From contig DATEHC010000017.1 in assembly GCA_035279785.1 (NCBI GenBank), positions 20,695 to 84,694 of the forward strand: DNA of 64,000 nt. The letters are read 5' to 3'. Shown piece after piece: positions 21,872 through 29,856 of the stretch (position 1 is its first letter; every line of letters begins with the position of its first letter). The position numbers and the translations under genes are program-made. The notes below the pieces were generated by a model. It made no database searches, was not told the origin of the DNA, and was given only the letters and a program-made list of their open reading frames with translations. Source of the stretch: Candidatus Dormiibacterota bacterium (GTDB lineage: Bacteria; Chloroflexota; Dormibacteria; Dormibacterales; Dormibacteraceae).

Positions 21872-22081
21872 TCAGTCGAGCTCATCGAGGTGGGTCGTCC
21901 GGCGGGCGACCCACCACGCCTTCACGTCGTCGATCACCGGCTGCATGAAGATCAGCGCGAGCATCGGCGCGCCGATCAGGTTGATCGCCTGCCACAGCTC
22001 CAGGTGAACGTCGGCCCCACCGGTCGAGTGGTTCAACTGCTTGCTGCCGATCGCGATCAGGGCTGCGATGAAGGGGACCAG
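21872..22081 (-). CDS. Candidate unannotated small membrane protein (69 codons, putative CTG start)
   Basis: Absent from the ORF track because it has no ATG/GTG/TTG giving 60 aa or more. The frame is open for about 100 codons. By hand count, about 65 of the 69 codons from the CTG have G or C at the third position. Peptide '(L)VPFIAALIAIGSKQLNHSTGGADVHLELWQAINLIGAPMLALIFMQPVIDDVKAWWVARRTTHLDELD' has hydrophobic helices. The CTG lies 1 nt after the upstream stop (TGAGCTG). Confidence 0.4.
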   Translation of the reverse strand: MVPFIAALIAIGSKQLNHSTGGADVHLELWQAINLIGAPMLALIFMQPVIDDVKAWWVARRTTHLDELD

Positions 22082-22082
22082 C

Positions 22083-22568
22083 TCAGGCCGCCGCCTTGCC
22101 GAGCTTCGGCGCCAGCCTCTCGAGCTTGCGTGCGGTGGAGACCTCCTGGTCCCGGTTCTCCGTCAAGAGCTTGACGGCCTTGCGCATCTTCATCATCTCC
22201 GCGCCGTCGATGAGGTCCGCGTAGCCGGCCATCTCGTAGTGCTCGGCCTTCGTCGCGCCGCCCGCGATGACGGCGTCGCGAATCTCGTCGGTGCCCGCCT
22301 CTTCCATCATCTTCGACGCCTCGCCGACGAGACCCTTGGCTCCCATGCATTCCTGACGCTGCGGCTGCTCGCCCGCCTCCGCAAACACCTGCTCGAGGTT
22401 CAGGATCTGCTGCTCGGTCTGCTGCATGTGCTCTTCGAGCATCGTCTGCAGCTTCTCGTCCGAGGCCTTGTCGCGCATCTTGCGCATCGCGTCGAGGAAC
22501 TGGTGCTCGGCGTCGTACATGTCCGCGAGCTCGTGCGCGAACTTCTCTTGAGCGGTCGTGATCGGCAT
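22083..22568 (-). CDS. DUF892 / YciE-YciF-like ferritin-fold stress protein
   Basis: 161 aa. 'FAHELADMYDAEHQFLDAMRKM' and an overall four-helix pattern typical of DUF892. Confidence 0.85.
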   Translation of the reverse strand: MPITTAQEKFAHELADMYDAEHQFLDAMRKMRDKASDEKLQTMLEEHMQQTEQQILNLEQVFAEAGEQPQRQECMGAKGLVGEASKMMEEAGTDEIRDAVIAGGATKAEHYEMAGYADLIDGAEMMKMRKAVKLLTENRDQEVSTARKLERLAPKLGKAAA

Positions 22569-22648
22569 GGGTCGCCCTCCCTGTGTGTGGTTCTACTTGT
22601 GCAACGTCGCCGCGCGAATCGATACCGATGACGCAGGTTTAGACGTTC

Positions 22649-23707
22649 TTATGCGGTTGCGCGCTTTTTCGGAAGGCGGAAACGCATGCCCGCGCGCTCC
22701 ACGATCACCGGTTCGCCACGCCATCCCTTCCAGATGGCGGCGATCAGGACAGATGCGACGCCGGCGAACGGCACCGCAAACAGCGCTCCGACCACGCCTC
22801 CAAGGTCTGCGCCGATCACGATCGCGAGCAATGCCGCGACCGGATGCAGCCCCACCGCGCCTCCGGTGATGCGCGGCGCTAGGACGTTGTTTTCGATCAC
22901 CTGCATGACGACGAAGAAGACGATCACGTAGACGACCAGGGGCAGCGGCTGCGTCAGGCTGATGATCACAGCGGGTAGCGACGCGAGGATCGGCCCCACC
23001 ATCGGGATGAGCTCGAAGAGGAACGCGAGGATCCCGATGAGCACGGGATAGCGAACGCCGAGCACATAGGACCCGAGCCCGGCCGACAGGCCGATGATCG
23101 AGGCCATGATCAGCTGGCCGCGGATGTACGCGCCGACGACCTGGCTGACGGTGTCCTGCACGAAGCGCGCTTTGTCGCGTTGTGTTGGAGGGAACATCTG
23201 GATCGCGACCTCGGCCATGCGACCGCCGTCGACCATGAACCAGAAGCCGAGCACGAGCACGAGGGCGGTGTCCACGAGGCCGCCGGCGATCGCCTCTGCG
23301 ATGTTCAGCGCCCCCGTGACGGTGGACTGCGCGAGGCCGCGCAGCGACCCGGCGAGGTCGACCCCGGCGAACGGCGGGTAGCCGTTGATCTGGTCGAGGT
23401 ATCCGGGCAGCCTGCCGGCCAGCCCCTCTGTCTGTTGGATGAGCGGCGGTGCGATCAGGAGGATGCTCCCGGCGATCAGGCCCAGTGCGAGCGCGTAGAT
23501 GAGGAGGGCCGCGAGGGCGCGCGGCAGCAGCTTCTGCGCCCACGAAAGCGCCGGCTCCAGCGCGTAGGCGAGGACGACCGCAAGGAGGACCACCACCACG
23601 ACGTGCAGGACGCGTCCGATGACCTGGCTGCCGACCCAAAGGAAGGCGATCGCAGCCAGCCCGACCAGGCACTTGTCCCGAACGCTTCCCCAGTCCACGG
23701 CGTGCAT
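22649..23707 (-). CDS. AI-2E family transporter (PerM/UPF0118)
   Basis: 352 aa with about 8 TM segments. Sequence pattern matches AI-2E/PerM permeases. Confidence 0.85.
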   Translation of the reverse strand: MHAVDWGSVRDKCLVGLAAIAFLWVGSQVIGRVLHVVVVVLLAVVLAYALEPALSWAQKLLPRALAALLIYALALGLIAGSILLIAPPLIQQTEGLAGRLPGYLDQINGYPPFAGVDLAGSLRGLAQSTVTGALNIAEAIAGGLVDTALVLVLGFWFMVDGGRMAEVAIQMFPPTQRDKARFVQDTVSQVVGAYIRGQLIMASIIGLSAGLGSYVLGVRYPVLIGILAFLFELIPMVGPILASLPAVIISLTQPLPLVVYVIVFFVVMQVIENNVLAPRITGGAVGLHPVAALLAIVIGADLGGVVGALFAVPFAGVASVLIAAIWKGWRGEPVIVERAGMRFRLPKKRATA

Positions 23708-23766
23708 CTCTCCTCATACGGAACGCGGGGTTGCGGGGCGGTGGCCATATTCCTTATTTATGTGGG

Positions 23767-24396
23767 GTGGCGACGGGCAAGTTCGCGGGCTGGAAGGGCG
23801 ACTTCACCGGCTTTTTCCTCGGCCTGCGGGCGAACAACAACAAGCCCTACTTCGAGGCTCACCGGAAGCAGTACGAGGAGGTGGTGAAGGCGCCGATGCT
23901 GGCGCTGCTCGCCGACCTCGAGGCGGAGTTCGGGCCGCCGCACCGGATCTCGCGGCCCTACCGGGATATCCGGTTCAGCGCCGACAAGTCCCCCTACAAG
24001 CTGAACATCTACGCCGATCTCGAGCGCGGAGGATACGTAGCGCTCGATGCTGAGGGTCTGACGGCCGCCGGCGGGCGGTACATGGTCGAGGACGCGCAGC
24101 TCAAGAGGCTGCGGGCCGGGGTGGCGAACGACCGCTCGGGGAAGGAGCTCGTGGGGATCGTCGAGGCTCTGCGGAAGAAGGGCTACGACGTCTCCGGCCA
24201 GGAGCTAAAGCGCGTGCCGCCGCCTTATCCCCAGGACCATCCGCGAGGTGAGCTGCTGCGGCACAAACGATTGATCTACTGGAAGCGGTGGCCGGCCGGA
24301 CCGTGGATCGCGACCGCGCGCGCGAAAGAGCGGGTGGCTCAGGCTTGGCGGGATGGTGCACCACTCGAAAAGTGGTGCGCCAAGTACATGGACTAG
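23767..24396 (+). CDS. DUF2461 (TIGR02453) family protein
   Basis: GTG at 23767 in ORF 23731..24396. 'FTGFFLGLRANNNKPYFEAHRKQYEE' and 'RPYRDIRFSADKSPYK' are family hallmarks. Confidence 0.8.
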   Translation: MATGKFAGWKGDFTGFFLGLRANNNKPYFEAHRKQYEEVVKAPMLALLADLEAEFGPPHRISRPYRDIRFSADKSPYKLNIYADLERGGYVALDAEGLTAAGGRYMVEDAQLKRLRAGVANDRSGKELVGIVEALRKKGYDVSGQELKRVPPPYPQDHPRGELLRHKRLIYWKRWPAGPWIATARAKERVAQAWRDGAPLEKWCAKYMD

Positions 24397-24424
24397 ACGC
24401 AGCCCCTCCGTCGTCTTCGGCGAC

Positions 24425-24444
24425 ACCTCCCCATGAATGGGGAG
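24425..24444 (+). terminator. Hairpin (8-bp stem CCTCCCCA/TGGGGAGG, loop TGAA) downstream of the DUF2461 gene
   Basis: Perfect inverted repeat read directly. No T-tract follows it, so terminator function is uncertain. Confidence 0.4.
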
Positions 24445-24561
24445 GAGGTCTCCCCCTAGACCTGCATTGACGAAGTGGAGCTGGAGGCGCGATTCATTCG
24501 CGCCGTCGCCTGGCGCGTACCACCAGGTGCCTCCTCGCCGCGATTGTGGAAGGAGGGGGCT

Positions 24562-24584
24562 CGCAGGGGAGGCCTGCCTCCCTG
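24562..24584 (-). terminator. Hairpin (GCAGGGGAGG/CCTCCCTGC, one bulge) 3 nt after the DUF72 stop
   Basis: Imperfect 9-bp stem read directly. No U-tract on the minus strand. Confidence 0.4.
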
Positions 24585-24587
24585 CGC

Positions 24588-25589
24588 TTAGTCCTGCATC
24601 TCCGCCAGCAGCCGCGCGGCTTCGCGCGCGTTGGTGGTTCCGTAGTTGGAGTAGCAGTTGTTGTAGACGACGTGGGTTTGCTTCGTCTGCTTCGCAATCG
24701 CGGCGATCTTCGGGGTCCAGTCCGCGAGCTCGTCCTCGTCGTAGAGGTAGCGAAACCGCTCTGACGGTGGGATTTCCTTCTTCTCCCAGTTCTCCTTGTT
24801 GCGTCCGTGAAAACGAAACACGGCGAGCTGGTCGTTGGTCGGGAATATCACCGGAGGCACCGAGCTCTTGAAACCCTGCGGCTCGTCGACCGCGACGTAC
24901 GGAATCTTGTGGTCTTGCAGGAACTTGATCGTGCGCTCGGCATTCTTCTCGTTGAACCAGCTGCCGTGGCGAAACTCGACCGCGATCGGCAGGTCCAGAC
25001 GCTGCCGCGTCTCCAGGATCAGATCGCGCGCCTCGTTGGATGGGAACACCCACTTCGGGAACTGCACGAAGACGGCGCCGAGCTTGTCCGCGGCGATCAA
25101 CGGCTGCAGCGCCTCGCGAAACTGGGTGTAGACGGCGTCGAGCAGCTCGCCCGGCATGTCCTTGCGATAGATGCGTTTCTTTTCTGTCAACTCCGACGGA
25201 AGCTCTTCCTTGATAGCTTTCGGGAGGCGCGCCAACTCGGTCGGCTGGCCCGTCATCAACGCGTGCGCCTTGATGTCGAAGACAAAGTTGCCCGGCGTGC
25301 GCTCGACCCAGGTTTCGGAGGTCTTCTTGTTCGGCAGCGCGTAATAGGTTGCGTCGACCTCGACCATGGAGAACTGGCTCGCGTAATAGCGGAGCCGTTC
25401 CTCGGCCGTGCTGATGCCCTTCGGATAGAAAACGTCGGGCACGGTCATCGTCGGGTCGGTCCAGCTCGCGGTCCCGAAACGGGCCTCGCCTTTTCCGATA
25501 CGAATTGGTTTGTGCGCGGCGTTGCCTGCCTCATCGCCGCGTTGGCGCGATGCGTCTACGCCCGGATCGTGCGGATCTACTCGAGCCAT
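24588..25589 (-). CDS. DUF72 (YecE-like) family protein
   Basis: ATG at 25589 within ORF 24588..25829. 'FGTASWTD...FYPKG...RLRYYASQFSMVEVDATYYALP' is the typical DUF72 N-terminus. Overlaps the cupin stop by 13 nt. Confidence 0.85.
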   Translation of the reverse strand: MARVDPHDPGVDASRQRGDEAGNAAHKPIRIGKGEARFGTASWTDPTMTVPDVFYPKGISTAEERLRYYASQFSMVEVDATYYALPNKKTSETWVERTPGNFVFDIKAHALMTGQPTELARLPKAIKEELPSELTEKKRIYRKDMPGELLDAVYTQFREALQPLIAADKLGAVFVQFPKWVFPSNEARDLILETRQRLDLPIAVEFRHGSWFNEKNAERTIKFLQDHKIPYVAVDEPQGFKSSVPPVIFPTNDQLAVFRFHGRNKENWEKKEIPPSERFRYLYDEDELADWTPKIAAIAKQTKQTHVVYNNCYSNYGTTNAREAARLLAEMQD

Positions 25590-25918
25590 TCGGTGATGAA
25601 CTTCGGGCTCAGGTGCACGTCGACCTGGCGGAGCACCCCATCTCCAGAATTGATGAACCCGTGAGGCTGGTTCGACTCGACCACCGCCATCTCGCCGGCG
25701 CGCACCACGCGCTCGGACTTGCCATCGCGAAACGTTGCCGTGCCCTCGAGCACGATGAGCAGCTCGACGTACGGGTGGCGGTGGAGCTTCGGTCCCTGGC
25801 CGGGCGGCGCGTCGACGAAGATGACGCACGCGCCGACGCCGCCGAACTTCTCGCCGACGAAATCACGCGAGATCACGTCAAGCGGAAGCTCGTCCCTGGA
25901 AACGAACGTGATGGCCAC
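25577..25918 (-). CDS. Cupin-domain protein
   Basis: Cupin motifs 'PKLHRHPYVELLIVLEG' and 'PHGFINSG'. GTG at 25918 is the only canonical start after the upstream stop, so the start is uncertain. Confidence 0.7.
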   Translation of the reverse strand: MAITFVSRDELPLDVISRDFVGEKFGGVGACVIFVDAPPGQGPKLHRHPYVELLIVLEGTATFRDGKSERVVRAGEMAVVESNQPHGFINSGDGVLRQVDVHLSPKFITEWLE

Positions 25919-25929
25919 GAGACCGAATG

Positions 25930-27273
25930 CTAGTGAAGGCCGGCGATGAGCTCCGCCTGCTGCATCAGGTGCCGCGGCGCGAGAAATTGATCGACCACGC
26001 GCGCACGAGCTTCGCTCCCAAGAGCCGCGCCTCGCTCGGGATCGGACAGTAGCCCGACGACCGCGTCGCCGAACGCGCGCAGGTCCGCGGGGTCGTCGAT
26101 GAGCAGTCCGCTCTTGCCGTCTTCGATCTGATCCTCGATGCCTCCCACGCGACTGGCGACCACCGGTCGTGATTTCCACATCGCCTCGGCGACCGTGAGG
26201 CCGAAACCCTCGGCGACGCTCTTCTGGACCACGACGTCCGCGCGGCGCTGCAGCGCGTTGACGATCAGCGCGTTCCGGTCGAGGTCGCGCATGGGTATCT
26301 GCGCGATCACGATCCGGTCCTTGATCGCGGGGTGGAGGGCATTACGGTGCGATCGGACTTCGGCGAGAACCTCGGGCTGCTCGGGGTCGTCGTCGACCGA
26401 AGTGACCTCGGGTCCGGCGAGCACGAGCCACGCGTCGGCGCGAGGCGCGATGTTCTCCGCAAACGCGCGCACGACGCCGACCGGATCCTTGAGCCGGTCC
26501 CATCGCGAGACCTGCAGGACCACTCGCGCGGAGTCCGGCACGCCGCCGATCAGCCCCGAGCGTTCGAGAGTGTCACGCCGCTCTCCGTCCGGGAGCTCGC
26601 GGTTCTTGGTGATGAACGGATCGATGCACGGCGCGATGATGCGCACCCGCGCCGTCGCGCATCCTTCCCACACGTAAGCCTGGCGGGAGAAGATGACCGC
26701 GGCCGCGTCGCGGAGGTAACCGATGAGGAAGCGCCAGGCCCCGCGAGCGACGTCATTGGGCTCGTCGACGCCGATGTGGCACCGCCAAACCACCTTGACG
26801 CCGCGCCCCGTCAACACCGGAACGAGGCCGGCCGTCTGCGGATCGTGCAGGACCGCGACGTCGCCGGGGCGCATCTGCTCGAGAAGGGCTACGGCGTTCG
26901 GCTCGAGCGTCTGCTCATAGACCACACGGTCCTCGGCGGTCAGCGCCGAGCCGTCGGGCGCCACGCCGTGCAGCAGGGTGTGGATCTTCTTCGTCAGCGC
27001 GAAGAACTCGGGCGCGCCCTCGATCACGACCCAGCGTTCGTCGACATTCGCCCACAGGTCGTAGGGAATCAGCGAGCCGAGAAGCTCCGCGACCCCGCCC
27101 CCTCGGGCGGTCGAGTTGACGTTCCACAGGACCTTCCCGCGCATCGTGGCCGCCAGCAGGCGCATCGCGGATTCGAACCTGGCGAATCCGGCGTCGCCGA
27201 GCAGGGATCGGTAGGCGCAGATCGGCGCCGGGCGCAGTTCGACCGTCTGCAGGGTCGCGGGGATCACAGCCAT
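25930..27273 (-). CDS. GT4 glycosyltransferase, TreT-like (trehalose glycosyl-transferring synthase-like)
   Basis: 447 aa. N-terminal 'VNSTARGGGVAELLGSL...FFALTKKIHTLLHG' matches the TreT-type pattern. C-terminal GT4 'EGFGLTVAEAM'. Confidence 0.8.
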   Translation of the reverse strand: MAVIPATLQTVELRPAPICAYRSLLGDAGFARFESAMRLLAATMRGKVLWNVNSTARGGGVAELLGSLIPYDLWANVDERWVVIEGAPEFFALTKKIHTLLHGVAPDGSALTAEDRVVYEQTLEPNAVALLEQMRPGDVAVLHDPQTAGLVPVLTGRGVKVVWRCHIGVDEPNDVARGAWRFLIGYLRDAAAVIFSRQAYVWEGCATARVRIIAPCIDPFITKNRELPDGERRDTLERSGLIGGVPDSARVVLQVSRWDRLKDPVGVVRAFAENIAPRADAWLVLAGPEVTSVDDDPEQPEVLAEVRSHRNALHPAIKDRIVIAQIPMRDLDRNALIVNALQRRADVVVQKSVAEGFGLTVAEAMWKSRPVVASRVGGIEDQIEDGKSGLLIDDPADLRAFGDAVVGLLSDPERGAALGSEARARVVDQFLAPRHLMQQAELIAGLH

Positions 27274-27275
27274 AC

Positions 27276-28955
27276 ATGGAAGAAACGCCTGCGGCGCGTT
27301 TACTCGACGTGGGGATCTCGCTCCGGCCCGAGCGTTTGAAGCGCTATCGCGACATAGCCGCCCTGCTCCTCAAGTACGGCGGGGACGACGTAGTCCGCCG
27401 TGCAGGCCTCGAGGAGGCGGTCGAGATGCCAGCTCCCGCCGAGGGGGAACAGACCGACAAGGCGACCGCCCTGGCCCGAGACCTCGAGCGCCTCGGACCG
27501 ACGTTCATCAAGCTCGGCCAGGTCCTTGCGGTGCGCCACGATCTGCTGCCGCCCGAGTACACCGAGGCCCTTTCCCGATTGCAGGACCGTGTCGCGCCGT
27601 TTCCGTTCGAGCAGGCCGAGCACACGATCCAGACCGAGATCGGAGTGCGCATCTCGAAGATCTTCACCGAGATCGATCCGCAGCCGGTAGCGTCGGCCTC
27701 CCTCGGCCAGGTCCATAAGGCCACGCTGCGCGACGGCCGCATCGTCGCGGTCAAGGTGCAGCGGCCGGGCATCCGGCAGCGCATCGACACCGACCTGGAC
27801 GCCCTCGACGACATCGCCCAGTTTCTCGACTCGCATACCGAGATCGGACGCGCGTACTCGTTCGGCGCGATTCTCGAAGAGTTTCGCAAGACGCTTTATC
27901 GCGAGCTCGACTACCGCAAGGAAGCCGAGAACATGACCCTGATCGCCCGCAACCTCGAGGAGTTCGAGCGCATCGTGATACCGCGGCCGATCGCGGACTT
28001 CACGACCGCGCGTGTCCTCACCATGGACTTCATACGCGGACGCAAGATCACGAAGGTGAGCCCGCTCACGCGTCTCGAGCTCGACGGCCGCCAGCTCGCG
28101 GAAGAGCTGTTTGCCGCATACCTGAAGCAGATCCTGGCCGACGGATATTTCCATGCCGACCCGCACCCGGGCAACGTGTTCCTCACCGACGACGGGAGGA
28201 TCGCGCTCCTCGACCTCGGCATGACCGGCTCGCTCGGACCAACGCTGCAGGAACAGCTGCTGCGGCTAGTCCTCGCGATATCGGAAGGCCGCAGCGACGA
28301 CGCGGTCGAGGTCCTGGTCAAGATCGGAACTCCGGTCGCCAATTTCGACAAGGAAGCGGTCGCCGGGGCAGTGTCCGAGTTCGTCGCCGCGACCAATGGC
28401 CATTCGCTGGAGCAGATGCAGCTCGGTCGCCGGATCATGGAAGTCTCGGCCATGTCGGCCAGGTCAGGGCTTCGGCTGCCTGTGGAGATGGTGCTGATCG
28501 CGCGAGCGCTGATCAACCTCGACCAGGTGGGGCGCATCCTCGATCCCGAGTTCGATCCGAACGAGGCGATCCGCGACAACGCCGCCGAGATCCTGCACCA
28601 GCGACTCGTCAAGAGCGCGACGCCGGGCCGGATCTTCGCCAACTTGTTAGAGGCCAAAGACCTGGTCGCCAACGTGCCGGGCCAGCTGAACCGCATCCTC
28701 GAGCACCTGGCGAACAACGACATGTCGTTCGACGTCCACGCCTTCGACGAAGACCGTCTCATGAGCGGCCTTCACAAGATCGCGAACCGCATCACGGTCG
28801 GACTCGTGCTGTCCGCGCTGATCATCGGCGCGGCGCTGCTGATGCGCGTGCCGACCCAATTCACGGTGCTGGGCTATCCCGGAATCGCGATGGTGTTCTT
28901 CAGCGTTGCGGCGATCGGCGGGCTCGCTTTGGTCGTGTCGATCCTCAGGGACTAG
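27276..28955 (+). CDS. ABC1/UbiB-family atypical kinase
   Basis: 559 aa. 'ASASLGQVHKATLRDGRIVAVKVQRPG', 'HADPHPGN'. C-terminal TM helices. Confidence 0.9.
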   Translation: MEETPAARLLDVGISLRPERLKRYRDIAALLLKYGGDDVVRRAGLEEAVEMPAPAEGEQTDKATALARDLERLGPTFIKLGQVLAVRHDLLPPEYTEALSRLQDRVAPFPFEQAEHTIQTEIGVRISKIFTEIDPQPVASASLGQVHKATLRDGRIVAVKVQRPGIRQRIDTDLDALDDIAQFLDSHTEIGRAYSFGAILEEFRKTLYRELDYRKEAENMTLIARNLEEFERIVIPRPIADFTTARVLTMDFIRGRKITKVSPLTRLELDGRQLAEELFAAYLKQILADGYFHADPHPGNVFLTDDGRIALLDLGMTGSLGPTLQEQLLRLVLAISEGRSDDAVEVLVKIGTPVANFDKEAVAGAVSEFVAATNGHSLEQMQLGRRIMEVSAMSARSGLRLPVEMVLIARALINLDQVGRILDPEFDPNEAIRDNAAEILHQRLVKSATPGRIFANLLEAKDLVANVPGQLNRILEHLANNDMSFDVHAFDEDRLMSGLHKIANRITVGLVLSALIIGAALLMRVPTQFTVLGYPGIAMVFFSVAAIGGLALVVSILRD

Positions 28956-29338
28956 GCGACCTGGGTTATCGCGTCGATCCCCTCGATCCCCTCGATCCCC
29001 TCGTCCTTGGCGATGTGTCGCGCGATCGCGTCGAGCGTCTCGGTGCCGACCGCCTTCACCTGCTCCGCGTTGAGCCCAGCCCTTGCCCGAATGTCGAACA
29101 CGAACCGGACTGAGCCGCCCAGGTTCGTAAGCGCACGCAACACCCCGCCGACTCCGTTGTTGAGCACCGCCGCGATGATCACAGCGCGCGCGCCGATGAT
29201 GGGCGCGCCCAACGTCAGGATCTTGTCGGTGTCGACGCCGACTTCCTGGCCGCGGTGTGCGGTGAGCCACCTCTGGACGTGAGACATCTCGCTTGCGCCG
29301 TCGGCTTCAACTCGTATCGTGCCCATGTCGTCACCCAT
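28952..29338 (-). CDS. Hypothetical protein (128 aa) with a C-terminal (E-G-I)x3 repeat
   Basis: ATG at 29338 (alternative 29326) inside the long ORF 28952..29743. High GC3. No family recognised. Last gene of the MFS-TetR-NUDIX string. Confidence 0.55.
   Translation of the reverse strand: MGDDMGTIRVEADGASEMSHVQRWLTAHRGQEVGVDTDKILTLGAPIIGARAVIIAAVLNNGVGGVLRALTNLGGSVRFVFDIRARAGLNAEQVKAVGTETLDAIARHIAKDEGIEGIEGIDAITQVA
28974..29003. repeat. 9-bp tandem repeat TCGATCCCC x3 (+TCG)
   Basis: Direct read. Encodes EGIEGIEGI near the C-terminus of the 28952..29338 gene. It stays in frame because the unit is a multiple of 3. Confidence 0.9.
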
Positions 29339-29394
29339 CTTTCTCTCGATACAGCCGCCGCGATACGTGCTTTGAAACCGAATTCGGCGGTCTC

Positions 29395-29853
29395 TTATTC
29401 GTGCGCGTGCAGTCGATCCAGAAGCGGCGCCTGGGACGGAAGGATCATGCGTCGCGCCTCGTTCAGCGAAAACCAGGCGGCGCGGTCCACCTCCGGAAAA
29501 TCCTGCATGCGGCCCGAGCGCGGCGGCCATTCCATCGAGAACGTGTTGCTCTTGATCGCGGTCACGTCGAGGTCTCCACGCGCCGCCCAAGCGTGCACGA
29601 CCTTGCCGCCAGCCTGACGGATCGACCCGAGCGAAGTCAGCTCGCCCTCTGATGGCTTGGCACCGAGCTCCTCCTCGAACTCGCGGCGTGCCACGTCGAG
29701 CGCCACCTCGCCCGGCTCGATCTCCCCCTTCGGTATCGACCACGCGCCGGCGTCTCGCTTCGCCCAGAACGGCCCGCCTGGATGAATCAGCAGCACTTCG
29801 AGTTTGCCGTCGCGGACGCGATACAGGAGCAGGCCCGCGGATTCCCTGGCCAG
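29395..29853 (-). CDS. NUDIX hydrolase
   Basis: NUDIX box 'GEIEPGEVALDVARREFEEELG'. The family N-terminal strand 'SAGLLLYRVRDGKLEVLLIHPGGPFW' is encoded upstream of the first GTG (29796). The only start-like codon upstream of it is CTG at 29853, 3 nt after the TetR TAA and in the same frame. Confidence 0.75.
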   Translation of the reverse strand: MARESAGLLLYRVRDGKLEVLLIHPGGPFWAKRDAGAWSIPKGEIEPGEVALDVARREFEEELGAKPSEGELTSLGSIRQAGGKVVHAWAARGDLDVTAIKSNTFSMEWPPRSGRMQDFPEVDRAAWFSLNEARRMILPSQAPLLDRLHAHE

Positions 29854-29856
29854 CGG

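Noticed and set aside
21890-22631. Plus-strand ORFs 21890..22174 and 22041..22631
   Set aside because: They are antisense to the DUF892/YciE-like gene and to the candidate small membrane ORF, with an Arg/Leu/His-rich composition and no recognisable family.
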